Assembly (NCBI GenBank): GCA_938014215.1
Contig: CALLRW010000002.1
Location: 8,904 to 72,903, forward strand
Length of the DNA: 64,000 nt
Source: an uncultured Alistipes sp.
GTDB lineage: Bacteria > Bacteroidota > Bacteroidia > Bacteroidales > Rikenellaceae
Direction of reading: 5' to 3'
In this document: in pieces, positions 28,087 to 37,824 of the stretch
Numbering within the stretch: the first letter of the stretch is position 1
How the letters are laid out: the number at the start of each line of letters is the position of its first letter
The notes under the pieces: generated by a model
The model's database searches: none
Seen by the model: the letters and a program-made list of their open reading frames with translations, nothing else
What the model was told of the DNA's origin: nothing
Translations under genes and position numbers: made by a program

Positions 28087-29670
28087 TTAATCCTTTACGC
28101 AGCGTACCGAGCAACCGGTCTCCTTGCCCCACGAACTGCCTGTCGTCAGCGCCTGATCCGTAGCATCGAGACGTGCATAAGGTGCCGACAGCGGCGACAG
28201 CGAAGCCGTATTCGTCGTCCACCAGGTCGCCTTGGATCCCAGCGTCTCGAAGCCGTTCCACTTGCGGGCTCCGCCCGGCAGGGCCGTAAAACCGTAAGTG
28301 TCGGACCCCTGATACTCCGGTCGGGTGTCGCCCCACGTATCGCACCAGCCCTCGGTCGACTTCAGTACCACACCGGCATTGCCTCCCAGGTAGGTGTTCA
28401 GCACCTCCCACTCGGCCACCGAAGGCACGTGCCACCCCTCGGGGCAGAGCTTGCCCGTATGGGCCGCATGCCAGTTGTAGAGCAGGCCGTAGCGCTCGCC
28501 GTTCGCCGGATCGTTCTCATACATGCAGCAGGCCGGCTCCTCGGAGTTCTCGCAGGCCGCCCAGGCATCCTGATCCTCCAGCCAGGCGATGGGCGATCCG
28601 TCGTTGAAGTTCCGCACCCGCAGATTGGCCCCCAGCCACTGCTGCGAACCGATGCGTACAACGGGATACTCGTTGCCATCGATATCCCGGACAACGCGCG
28701 CATCCTCGTCCGGATCGATCTCCACGAGCGTCTCGTCCGACGAAGAGCCCGTCGTCCAATCCTCGATCACCGGCATGAGGGCAACCTCCTCGCCCTGGGA
28801 CGTACGGTTGATCGTCAGCGTAAAGGTGTAGCGCTTCCCCGGCTCGAAGGTCAGATCGCGCTCCGTCGTGCAGCGGAAGTTGCGCGTGCCGATCCGGACG
28901 TTGAACAGATAGGAGCGGGCTGCGACCTCCTGCGGCGGAATGATGGCCACGACGCCGACGGCCCGATCCTCCGTCGTGCGGAACGTGCCGTGGGGCTCGA
29001 TATTCACCGCAATCGAGGGTTGCGACACCTCGCCGCTCGCAAAATCGACCTGCGCCACCTGCGCCACATTCATGACGCGGACCTGCGCCCCGAGCAGCCC
29101 GGACGGATCGCTGTAGCCCGTACCGGGTTTCAGTTCGAAGTCGAGGCGGGACATCAGCCGCTTGAAATCGAGCCGGATCGCCTGCTCCGTACGGGCCGTC
29201 TGCGGCGCACGGGCCAGCATGCGGTCGCTCGTGCGGAAGGCCTCGTCGTCCCGCTGATCAATCGCCACGGAGATCTCGTAACTCGACTTGTCGGCACTCA
29301 GCCCCTTTTCGTCGTACGGGAAATAGGCGTAGAAATCCGAGGCCCCCGTATACTCCGTCGGCCAGAAACAAGGGGTGGATCCGGTGAGGGTGCCCATCGT
29401 CATGACCAGCTCCTTGTTGTTGATATACCGCGTTCCGACGAGGGCCGCCTGCGGATCGGAGGTCGACTCGACACAATACAGACCGACGGCATCCCCCTCC
29501 TCGAAGGCCGTATCCGTCGCCCGCGTACAGGGGACGATCGTCGGTTCGAAACGCAGTTCCAACTCCCCGGAGACATCGGGACGCCCCGTCGCATCGTCCG
29601 TTCCGTCGCATCCGGCCGCTCCGGCCAGCAGGGCGACACAGGCTGCATAAATCGCTATATTCGTTTTCAT
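28087..29670 (-). CDS. surface lipoprotein: fimbrillin-like N-terminal domain plus a C-terminal FISUMP (Fibrobacter succinogenes major paralogous) domain
   Basis: Signal LLAGAAGCDG; FYAYFPY; C-terminal DIDGNEYPVVRIGSQQWLGANLR...GLLYNW...LCPEGWHVPS...SVRCVKD. Confidence 0.75.
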   Translation of the reverse strand: MKTNIAIYAACVALLAGAAGCDGTDDATGRPDVSGELELRFEPTIVPCTRATDTAFEEGDAVGLYCVESTSDPQAALVGTRYINNKELVMTMGTLTGSTPCFWPTEYTGASDFYAYFPYDEKGLSADKSSYEISVAIDQRDDEAFRTSDRMLARAPQTARTEQAIRLDFKRLMSRLDFELKPGTGYSDPSGLLGAQVRVMNVAQVAQVDFASGEVSQPSIAVNIEPHGTFRTTEDRAVGVVAIIPPQEVAARSYLFNVRIGTRNFRCTTERDLTFEPGKRYTFTLTINRTSQGEEVALMPVIEDWTTGSSSDETLVEIDPDEDARVVRDIDGNEYPVVRIGSQQWLGANLRVRNFNDGSPIAWLEDQDAWAACENSEEPACCMYENDPANGERYGLLYNWHAAHTGKLCPEGWHVPSVAEWEVLNTYLGGNAGVVLKSTEGWCDTWGDTRPEYQGSDTYGFTALPGGARKWNGFETLGSKATWWTTNTASLSPLSAPYARLDATDQALTTGSSWGKETGCSVRCVKD

Positions 29671-29688
29671 AACTGTTCCGTTTGAAGA

Positions 29689-31269
29689 TTAAAAATCGTG
29701 CACGCAGCGAACCGAAAGCCCGCTGTGACGGTCTCCGACATACTGATCCAGCGCATCGCCCTGCGTCCGCAGACCGTAATAGTAGGTCATCTCGGCGGAG
29801 AAGTCACTGTCGCTCCACCAGTAGCCGTTCGTCCCGGCATAATAGAATTTCGCCACCGTGGGGTCGTTCGGATCCGCCCGCAGCGAACCGCCCGGAAGCC
29901 CTCCGAAGCCCGTCTCGTCGGTTGCCGACTCGCCGTCGGGCCATCCCTGAAGGGCCTTCAGCTGCGGAGCCACGCCGAGCCACGAACCGAAATCGTTCTG
30001 CGTGCCTCCCAGGGCGGCTCCCAGCGCATCCCAATCCTCAACGGTCGGGACATGCCACCCCTCGGGGCAGAGCTTGTGCGTACGGACCGCCGCCCGGTTA
30101 TAGAGCAGACCGTAGCGTTCGCCGTTCGCCGGATCGTTCCCGTACGCGCAGCAGGCCCCCTCTTCGGATGCCATCCAGACCGTGCCGTCGGAGATCTGCT
30201 GGATCGGCGTGCCGTCGTTGTAGCGGGTCGTCCGCAGGTTGGCATCCATCCAGTACTGACGGCCGATGTGCAGAATGCCGTAGCTGTTGCCGTCGCCATC
30301 CTCCACGCTCGTCCCCGACGGAGGCAGGATCTCGTCGCCGTTCAGCGACTCATCGCCGCCCGGCACCCAGTCGGTGACCGTGACGTCGGTCTGCACGGTG
30401 ACCCCCTCGAACGACTGGCTCAAAGTGAGGGTCAGCACGGCACGCCGGCCCCCCTGCAGATCCAGCTCCGAGGAGGGACGATAGTCAAACCGTTCGTCGC
30501 CCGCGAGGATCGAGACGAACGTCGTTCCGGCGGCGATCCGCTGCGGAATGACGATCGCGGAGAGCCCCGTCAGGAGACCGTCCTGCAACGTCAGTTCGCC
30601 ATGCGGCGTCACGTCGACGGCCGCACCGGAAGCGGTGCAGCTACCCGTCTCGAAGGAGCAGGCCCCCTCGGTCCGGATCCCCTGCAGGGTGACCTGCGCC
30701 GCGGCAAGGTCGTCCGCCGTATAGCCGTAACCGGCCTTCAGGGCGATGTCCACACGGCTCATCGCATGGGTGAACTCCATCGGCACACTCCCCCCGACGG
30801 CCTCATAATCGGTCACCTTGCCCAGCAGCAGGTCGCAGTCCGCAAAGTCGGCATCGGCTCGCTGGTCGGCGGCAAGCGTCAACGGAAGTTCAACCGAACC
30901 CGCCTCGAGGGCCGTCTCACGATACGGAGCGTAGGCATACAGATCGAACCGGCTCCCGCCGCCCGCCGGGAAGGTGATCTCCGGCGTCGAGAGGTAGAGA
31001 TCCCCCGAACGGGCAAATGCCACGTTCGAAAAGAGCCGTTCGCCGGCGAGCGCCTCCGCCCCCGCAGCCTCCTTCTGAACGACGTAAAGACCGAACGATT
31101 CGGGCGCAACGTCCGTCTGACCGCTCGCGGCCAACGGGCGGACGGCAATCCGGCCGGGTGCAACATCCGGAGCCGACGACTCCTCGTTCGTCTGGCATCC
31201 GCCGGCAAGCAGGAGCAGACTGAGGCTCCCGCTGCAAACTATTTGATGGATTCTCTTCATCTTGGTCAT
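29689..31269 (-). CDS. surface lipoprotein: fimbrillin-like N-terminal domain plus a C-terminal FISUMP domain
   Basis: Signal LLLAGGCQT; LYAYAPY; DGDGNSYGILHIGRQYWMDANLR...GLLYN...LCPEGWHVPT...SVRCVHDF. Confidence 0.75.
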   Translation of the reverse strand: MTKMKRIHQIVCSGSLSLLLLAGGCQTNEESSAPDVAPGRIAVRPLAASGQTDVAPESFGLYVVQKEAAGAEALAGERLFSNVAFARSGDLYLSTPEITFPAGGGSRFDLYAYAPYRETALEAGSVELPLTLAADQRADADFADCDLLLGKVTDYEAVGGSVPMEFTHAMSRVDIALKAGYGYTADDLAAAQVTLQGIRTEGACSFETGSCTASGAAVDVTPHGELTLQDGLLTGLSAIVIPQRIAAGTTFVSILAGDERFDYRPSSELDLQGGRRAVLTLTLSQSFEGVTVQTDVTVTDWVPGGDESLNGDEILPPSGTSVEDGDGNSYGILHIGRQYWMDANLRTTRYNDGTPIQQISDGTVWMASEEGACCAYGNDPANGERYGLLYNRAAVRTHKLCPEGWHVPTVEDWDALGAALGGTQNDFGSWLGVAPQLKALQGWPDGESATDETGFGGLPGGSLRADPNDPTVAKFYYAGTNGYWWSDSDFSAEMTYYYGLRTQGDALDQYVGDRHSGLSVRCVHDF

Positions 31270-31273
31270 AGGT

Positions 31274-32827
31274 TTAATTTCGGTAACGGATGCAGCGGAC
31301 CGAATATCCGGTGCGCTGTTGCGGCGAGGTAATCAGCACGGTCGGACGGTTGTAGTAGAGATAGAAGCCGTTGGCCTGCGAGGCGTTCACCGCCGTACTG
31401 CTCCACCAGTAACCGTAGGACTCGAAGTTCCAGTAGGTTCCGTCGTCCTCGCGCGAACCGCCGGGAAGGCCGTTGAAACCGCTGCTGTTTGTTCCCTGGT
31501 AGGCCGGGTTCTCATCGCCCTTGTACTTCCAGCCGGAGGTGCTCTTCAGCTTGTCTCCGGCCACGTCCTCGCCGCCCAGGAGCTCGATCATCATCTGAAT
31601 CTCCTCGACCGACGGCACGTGCCAACCCTCCGGACACAGCTGTCCGGTCGCCACCGCATAATAGTTATACAACAGTCCGAAACCGGCAATCTGCGCCGGG
31701 TCGTTGTTCTGGTAGCAGTAGGCGACCGTCTTGTCGGCGGCGTTCTCGCCCCAGACCGTCGCATCCTCGATGCACGTAATCGGGGTGCCGTCGTTCAGCT
31801 TCGTGGTGCGCAGATTCTCGGCCATCCAGTACTGCGTCCCGATCTTGACCACCGGATAGCTGTTACCCTCGATGTCCGTCACGTTCCCGGGCATGTCGTC
31901 CCCCGGCTCGACCGTCTCGTCGATCGTCAGGCCGTCCGTCCAGTCCCGTTCGGTAACCGTCACCGAGATCGTCGGCCCCTCGACCGTCACGGCCACCTCG
32001 TAGCGTTTGCCCGAGCGGAGCTCCAGCGCCTCGCCCAACGAGTAGGCGTTCGTCGAGTTCCCGAGCTGGAGGCGGATCACCTCGTCCGCAGCCTCGATCC
32101 GCTGCGGAACCGCAATCAGCGACAGTCCGGAGAGCCGTTCGCCGTCGGAGGTCAGCGTTCCGTAGGGCCGTATCTCCCGGGGATTCGACGAAGCCGTCAC
32201 ACGCCCCTCGGCGAAATCCACCTCCGCCGCGGTCCGAAGAAGCATCGTCACCCGGGCATCCGCCCATCCGGACAGCGCCTCTCCGTCCGCTCCGGCGAAG
32301 GAGAGATCGATGCGCGAGAACTGCCGCTGGAAATCCATCTCGACCGCTCCCTGCCTGCCGGCCTCGACACGTGCCGTCGCCACCATCAGGTCAGACGCGG
32401 CAAAGCGCGCAGCATCCGACTGATCCTCCGCCACGGAGACGGCCGCCACAGTCGTCCCGGAGCCAAGCATCTGCGCGGCATAGGGCGCATAGGCCACAAA
32501 GGTGCTCTCCGTATCCTGATACGTCAGGGTGGAGGGCCCTTCGAACAGTTGACCCGTGCAGGTCAGTCGGGCATTGTCAATATACCGGGGTGCATCGGCC
32601 GTGAAAGAGCCCTCGACGGCATATAGGCCCAGAGTGGCCCCCTCCTCAAAGCGATCCCCGGCGGTTGAACCGTCCCACGAGACCATCTTCCCTTCGATGC
32701 GGATCGGCTCGGCCGCGACAGGCTCTGTCGAATTGTCCGAACCGTCACCGCATGCCGTCACACCGACAAGCAGTGCGCCTGCACCCGCAAGGGCAAACAG
32801 CCGCTGATAGTTGTTATGTCGTTTCAT
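31274..32827 (-). CDS. surface lipoprotein: fimbrillin-like N-terminal domain plus a C-terminal FISUMP domain
   Basis: Signal LLVGVTACGD; FVAYAPY; DIEGNSYPVVKIGTQYWMAENLR...GLLYNY...LCPEGWHVPS...SVRCIRYRN. Confidence 0.75.
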   Translation of the reverse strand: MKRHNNYQRLFALAGAGALLVGVTACGDGSDNSTEPVAAEPIRIEGKMVSWDGSTAGDRFEEGATLGLYAVEGSFTADAPRYIDNARLTCTGQLFEGPSTLTYQDTESTFVAYAPYAAQMLGSGTTVAAVSVAEDQSDAARFAASDLMVATARVEAGRQGAVEMDFQRQFSRIDLSFAGADGEALSGWADARVTMLLRTAAEVDFAEGRVTASSNPREIRPYGTLTSDGERLSGLSLIAVPQRIEAADEVIRLQLGNSTNAYSLGEALELRSGKRYEVAVTVEGPTISVTVTERDWTDGLTIDETVEPGDDMPGNVTDIEGNSYPVVKIGTQYWMAENLRTTKLNDGTPITCIEDATVWGENAADKTVAYCYQNNDPAQIAGFGLLYNYYAVATGQLCPEGWHVPSVEEIQMMIELLGGEDVAGDKLKSTSGWKYKGDENPAYQGTNSSGFNGLPGGSREDDGTYWNFESYGYWWSSTAVNASQANGFYLYYNRPTVLITSPQQRTGYSVRCIRYRN

Positions 32828-32840
32828 AAACCGATCGTTT

Positions 32841-34997
32841 TTAGTTGACTTTTACACAACGAACATACATGCCCGAGGTCATGTAATAAGAGTCGATATA
32901 GGGCGAATTGCTCAGATACAGGTAATAGGGCGTGTCGCCGCTCTTGTAGGAGGTCCAGAACCCGGCTTCCGTCATATACCAGTAGTAGCAGGAAGCGATG
33001 CCTCCGGGCAGCGCCCCGAAGCCCGAAGCATTGGTCGGATTGTAATAATCCCACCGGCTGTCGGGGGCCATCAGATCCGCGGCCGAGGGCACGGCGTCAA
33101 GCAGCGACTGCGTCTGATCCCAGTCGGGAAGGCTCCAACCCTCGGGACAAAGTTTGCCCGTATCGACCGTATAGTAATTGTAGAGAAGGCCGTAGGTCGG
33201 ACGGTTATCCGGATCGTCCATGAAATCGCAGGCCGCCGGCGAAGTCTTCTCGTCCCACGACATATCGTTGCCCAGGGCTATCGGAATCTCCGTGCCGTCC
33301 GTCAGGTGGAGCGTCCTCAGATTGGCCGCCATCCATGTCAAACCTCCGATCTCGACAACGGGATACTCGTTGCCGTCGACATCCGTCACCGAGGTCGGAG
33401 CCGGATCCGGTTCCGGTTCGACGGCCGAGTCATCCTCCACACACCGTACCGACATGGCGACCCGCTTGTAATGGGTATCCATATAGGAGTACATGCTCAG
33501 ATAGAGGTAGGAGGCCGGGAAGCTCTGCGTATCGTCGAAGGTGGAGCTCCAAAAATAGGCGTCGCCGAACAACCAGCTGTTGTCGAACAGCATGCCCGCC
33601 GGCAGAGCGCTGAATCCGGTCGTATTGGTCGGTTCATACATGCTGCTCCAGTTTTCGTCGGGCGCCATCAGCGAATAACTCCCCTTCATCGTGGAGAAGG
33701 GCAGCGTCTCCAGCTCCTCGCGCGAGGGGACCTTCCACCCCTTCGGGCAGAGGTTGCCCGGCTCGACCGCATAGAAGTTGTAAAGCAGACCGTAACGGTC
33801 GCGGTAGTCGGCGTTGTTCTCCGGGGCGCAGGCCGCCGGCGAAGTCAATGCAATCCACTCCTCCGTACCTCCCTCAACAACCGGAATCTCCGTTCCATCG
33901 TTGTAATGCGTCGTGCGGAGGTTGGAGGTCAACCATCGTTTTCCCGCGATTTCGACTACCGAATACTCGTTTCCGTCGGCATCGAGAACCGTCTCACCCG
34001 ACGGTTCGGGACGATTGGCATCACCCACGATGACGTCCCCTTCCTGCCACTCTGCAATCTGGGTGCTCACACGAAGTGTCGGACCCTGGGATGTCATTCC
34101 GATCGTTGCGGTAAAGAGATGACTTCGACCCGATTCGAACGTAAAGTCCGAACCCGGTTTATAGGCCAATGTCTTCCCCCGGAATGTAAAATAGAGAACC
34201 GATTCACCAGCCAGGCGGGTCTGAGGAACCACGATGGCCGAAAGCCCCGAAAGCATGCCGTCACTCGCCTTCGACAGATGTCCGAAAGGCTGGATGTCGG
34301 ACACATCGGAAAGCTGATCGATCTGTCCTGCATCAACATCATAACGCGCTGTCGTTGAGAATGATTTCAGCTGCACATCCACATCAAGCAACTCATCGGC
34401 CGTAACCCCTTCACCCGCCTTCACCTGAATCAGCATCTGGCTCAGCACATGGCGAAAAGAGACTGGAACGGCCTCTCCGTCGGGTATTACCTCACGGGCA
34501 ACGGCTACCAGCCGGTCTGAGGTCATTCGGGCCTGCGCATCCCGTTGGTCCACAGCCACCCCGACTGCAAGCGTCGAGGAACCTGCATCAAAACCAACCG
34601 CATCATAGGGATAGTAGGCATAGAATGTATTGGGGGTCGTCGCATCCGGGAAATAGGCCGTGGCCGTCGCAATGAAACAACCGTCACGATATTCAAACTT
34701 CACGTTATCCTCCTAACGGACACCTGAAAGAGGCTGCTCTGCGCCGTTCTCCCATGGAACAACAGTCAATCCGATGGCGTCTCCCTGATCAAAAGCGGTT
34801 CCGGATACACGAGTCATGATACTCGGTGCCAACGTAATGCGGAGTTTCGAATCGAAATCCGCCACATCCGATTCCGCGGTTGTACACGACGGGGCCATCA
34901 GCAGGCCGACCGCCGACCAAAGCACAAAGCCGTACAGGGAGAGACGGGTTGTCGCTCGACACCTCGCTCTCCTGGGGTTTGGGTACAATTTATCCAT
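32841..34997 (-). pseudogene. fimbrillin-like lipoprotein with two tandem FISUMP domains, interrupted by a single in-frame TAG (34713-34715); either a pseudogene or a sequencing/strain variant
   Basis: The N-terminal fragment (34713-34997; signal LLMAPSCTT) and the C-terminal fragment (32841-34703, with no signal peptide of its own; FYAYYPY; two DxDGNEYxVVEI...VRCV modules) share one frame: ...PLSGVR-TAG-EDNVKFEY... Confidence 0.55.
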
Positions 34998-35221
34998 AGT
35001 TAATAAAAGATTATATGAGGTGTTTGATTAAAAGAGGCAAAGATTAAATACATTCTATCAGTTTATAATATATTATAACATTAAACCGATAAAACGAAAA
35101 CAAATTTATACAAAACCAGCTATTAAACAAATTTTTTTCTTGTAAAATTCCGCCTTTTTATATTTTTTTCATACATTTAAACTCGAATCAAGACACGAAT
35201 GCCACCCACAAATCCAATACT
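34998..35221. promoter_or_regulatory. AT-rich (~25-30% GC) divergent promoter region between the lipoprotein operon (-) and the M6 protease gene (+)
   Basis: 224 bp of A/T-rich sequence with homopolymer runs and TTATA/TATAA-type motifs, flanked by two divergently starting, secreted-protein genes. Confidence 0.45.
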
Positions 35222-37807
35222 ATGATTCGAACTGTCAGCCCCGCATGGCTTGTCATCGGCCTTCTCTTTGCAATGCTGTTAACCGTTCAACCAACTACGG
35301 CACAATCCAATACGGCTACCGTCAGGCTGCCCGACGGATCCTCCCTGCCGGTGCAGATCCATGGAGATGCACGGTTTCATTACGAAACGACGATCGACGG
35401 CTATCCCGTCGTTCAGGGACCCGACGGATTCTATTATTACCTGACTGACTCTCAGGGGCGCTCCGTTCGCAGTGCCGTCCGGGTATCCGCCCGCAACCGC
35501 CGAACCGCCGAAGAGCTCCGGCTGCTGGCAACACTCCCCCGCGGAGTCGCCGCATCGGCCCGGCTCCGCACCCCGCAAAGTCAAACCCGTGCCGGTCTGG
35601 AGACGGGGTTCCCCACGACCGGAGACGTACGGTCGCTGGTTATCCTGGTCAATTTCAACGACGTGACCTTCACTACAGCCGGCCCGCAGCGCGCCTTTGA
35701 ACGCATGCTCAACGAAAAGGGTTACAGCGACAACGGCGCCATCGGAAGTGCCCGCGACTACTATCTCCAGAACTCCGGAGAACGGTTCCGTCCGACCTTC
35801 GATGTCGTCGGCCCATTCACGCTGGACCACCCTGTCGCCTATTACGGCGCCAACACGGACTATAGAGATCCCAACGCCGAAAAGATGATTGTCGATGCCT
35901 GCCGCAAGGCCGCTGCAGCCGGGGTTGACTTCGCGCAGTATGATCTCGACAATGACGGGAAAATTGACAACGTCTTCGTCTATTATGCCGGATACAACGA
36001 ATCCGAAGGCGGCGGTTCGAATACCGTCTGGCCCCATCGGGGCGAAGTATCCGACTCGGGCGAAACCTTCAACGGGAAGACGCTCTGCGTCTATGCCTGC
36101 ACCTCGGAGCTGAGCGGCTCGGAAGGGTTTGACAGCCGCATGGCCGGCATCGGAACCTTCTGCCACGAATTCGGCCACGTCCTCGGATGGCCCGACTTCT
36201 ACGATACCGACGGCAGCGACTCCGGAACGGGCAGCGGCATCTTCAACTGGTCGCTCATGTGCCGCGGCAGTCTGAACGACGGCGGACGGATCCCGCCCGC
36301 CCTGACGGCCGTGGAGCGCATGCTGGCAGGATGGCTCACCCCGACCGTACTGAGTCGATCGGGCGATTACACGCTGCAGCCGATCCAGGAGAACGAGGCC
36401 TGTCTGATCAGAACCGACACGGAGGGGGAGTTCTTCCTCCTGGAGAACCGCCAACTGACGGGGTGGGACCAGGCCCTCAAGGGGCACGGGCTGCTGATCT
36501 ACCACGTCGACCGCTCCCAACGGCTGGTCGAAGGCTACACGGCTCTCGACCGCTGGATCTACAACATTCCCAACAACATCGCGGCCCACCCCTGTCTACG
36601 TCTGATCACGGCCCGACCCGATTCGGGAGAGGGGTACGAAGCCTTCATGCCCTATCCCGGCCAGACCGGCAACCGCGAATTCTCGGCCTCGAGCCGTCCG
36701 GCAGCCCGCAGCTGGTCCGGAGCCCCGCTCCCCGCCGAGGTGTACGACATCACCGAAACGACGGACGGAACCATCCGCTTCTCGGTGCGCATGGCCGCCG
36801 GCAGCATCGAAGAGCTCCGCATCGAGGGCCGCGAACGGGCCATCGTCGGGGATACGGTGCAGATGCGGGCCGTGATCTCGCCCGAAGGGGCATCCGGTGA
36901 TCTGGAGTGGAGCAGCGACAACGAAGCCGTGGCCACGATCGATGTCCGGAGCGGAACGGTTACCTGTCTGAAGAGCGGCGAGACGACCATTCGGGTCACC
37001 GCCCCCTCGACGGGTGCCTCTGCCGGATTCCAGCTCTCGGTCGTGGAGGGGACGCTGCTGCGCGGCCGCGTCTGGAACAGCGCGAAGAGTCCGCTGGAAG
37101 GGGTCCGCATCGAACTGAGCGACCAGTCCGGTGAGTGTCTGGCCACCTTCACGAGCGATGAAGAGGGGTGCTTCGCCAGTGGCGAAAACGAGGTGTCAGA
37201 AGGGAGTTATTCGCTGCAGCTTCGCGGAGAGGGGTATCCCGCACAGGCTGTCGCCGCACGGATCGGGGCGGGAACAACACGGCTTGATCTGACGCTGCAA
37301 CAGTTGGAGGAGATGGATCGCGGTGATGCCGATTTCGAGGTCTCCGTACAACCGTTCCAGAACTCGGTCTACATCGACTGGAGCAGCTCCGACGCAACCC
37401 GCTGGACGGTGGAGTGGCGCCCGATGGAGACGGCCTTCTACGCCGGATCCCGCAGCGTGGAAACGCCGCAGATCGATATCGACGGATTGTCGCCCCGGTC
37501 GGAATACGCCGTCCGGATCACCGAATCCGACGGAGCCGAATCAAAATACAGGATGGTCTACTTCTCAACGGCCGAGCCTCTGGGACGCTTTACCGGCATG
37601 GCCCTGCAGGCGGAGTACGAGACCGACACGCCGGTACTGCTGAAAGCCGTCAACATCCCGGACGGTGCCCGCCAGGAGTGGTTTATCGACGGAGAGGCCG
37701 TAAGCCAAAACAGCGTCCGACTCCCCGCCGGAGAGCATGAAGTCGAACTGCACATCTCGACCTCCGGCCACACCGAAATCATCACGAAATACATCACGGT
37801 AAAATAA
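35222..37807 (+). CDS. secreted M6-family (immune inhibitor A/InhA-like) zinc metalloprotease with Ig-like (Big_2) and beta-sandwich domains; possible T9SS cargo
   Basis: Signal peptide; HEFGHVLGWPDFYDTD (HExxH...D, InhA-like); Big_2-like block AVISPEGASGDLEWSSDNEAVATIDVRSGTVTCLKSGETTIRVTA; carboxypeptidase-regulatory-like LRGRVWNSAKSPLEGVRIEL; C-terminal beta-rich tail ending ...ITKYITVK. Confidence 0.8.
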   Translation: MIRTVSPAWLVIGLLFAMLLTVQPTTAQSNTATVRLPDGSSLPVQIHGDARFHYETTIDGYPVVQGPDGFYYYLTDSQGRSVRSAVRVSARNRRTAEELRLLATLPRGVAASARLRTPQSQTRAGLETGFPTTGDVRSLVILVNFNDVTFTTAGPQRAFERMLNEKGYSDNGAIGSARDYYLQNSGERFRPTFDVVGPFTLDHPVAYYGANTDYRDPNAEKMIVDACRKAAAAGVDFAQYDLDNDGKIDNVFVYYAGYNESEGGGSNTVWPHRGEVSDSGETFNGKTLCVYACTSELSGSEGFDSRMAGIGTFCHEFGHVLGWPDFYDTDGSDSGTGSGIFNWSLMCRGSLNDGGRIPPALTAVERMLAGWLTPTVLSRSGDYTLQPIQENEACLIRTDTEGEFFLLENRQLTGWDQALKGHGLLIYHVDRSQRLVEGYTALDRWIYNIPNNIAAHPCLRLITARPDSGEGYEAFMPYPGQTGNREFSASSRPAARSWSGAPLPAEVYDITETTDGTIRFSVRMAAGSIEELRIEGRERAIVGDTVQMRAVISPEGASGDLEWSSDNEAVATIDVRSGTVTCLKSGETTIRVTAPSTGASAGFQLSVVEGTLLRGRVWNSAKSPLEGVRIELSDQSGECLATFTSDEEGCFASGENEVSEGSYSLQLRGEGYPAQAVAARIGAGTTRLDLTLQQLEEMDRGDADFEVSVQPFQNSVYIDWSSSDATRWTVEWRPMETAFYAGSRSVETPQIDIDGLSPRSEYAVRITESDGAESKYRMVYFSTAEPLGRFTGMALQAEYETDTPVLLKAVNIPDGARQEWFIDGEAVSQNSVRLPAGEHEVELHISTSGHTEIITKYITVK

Positions 37808-37824
37808 AACAGTCTGCATCGAAC

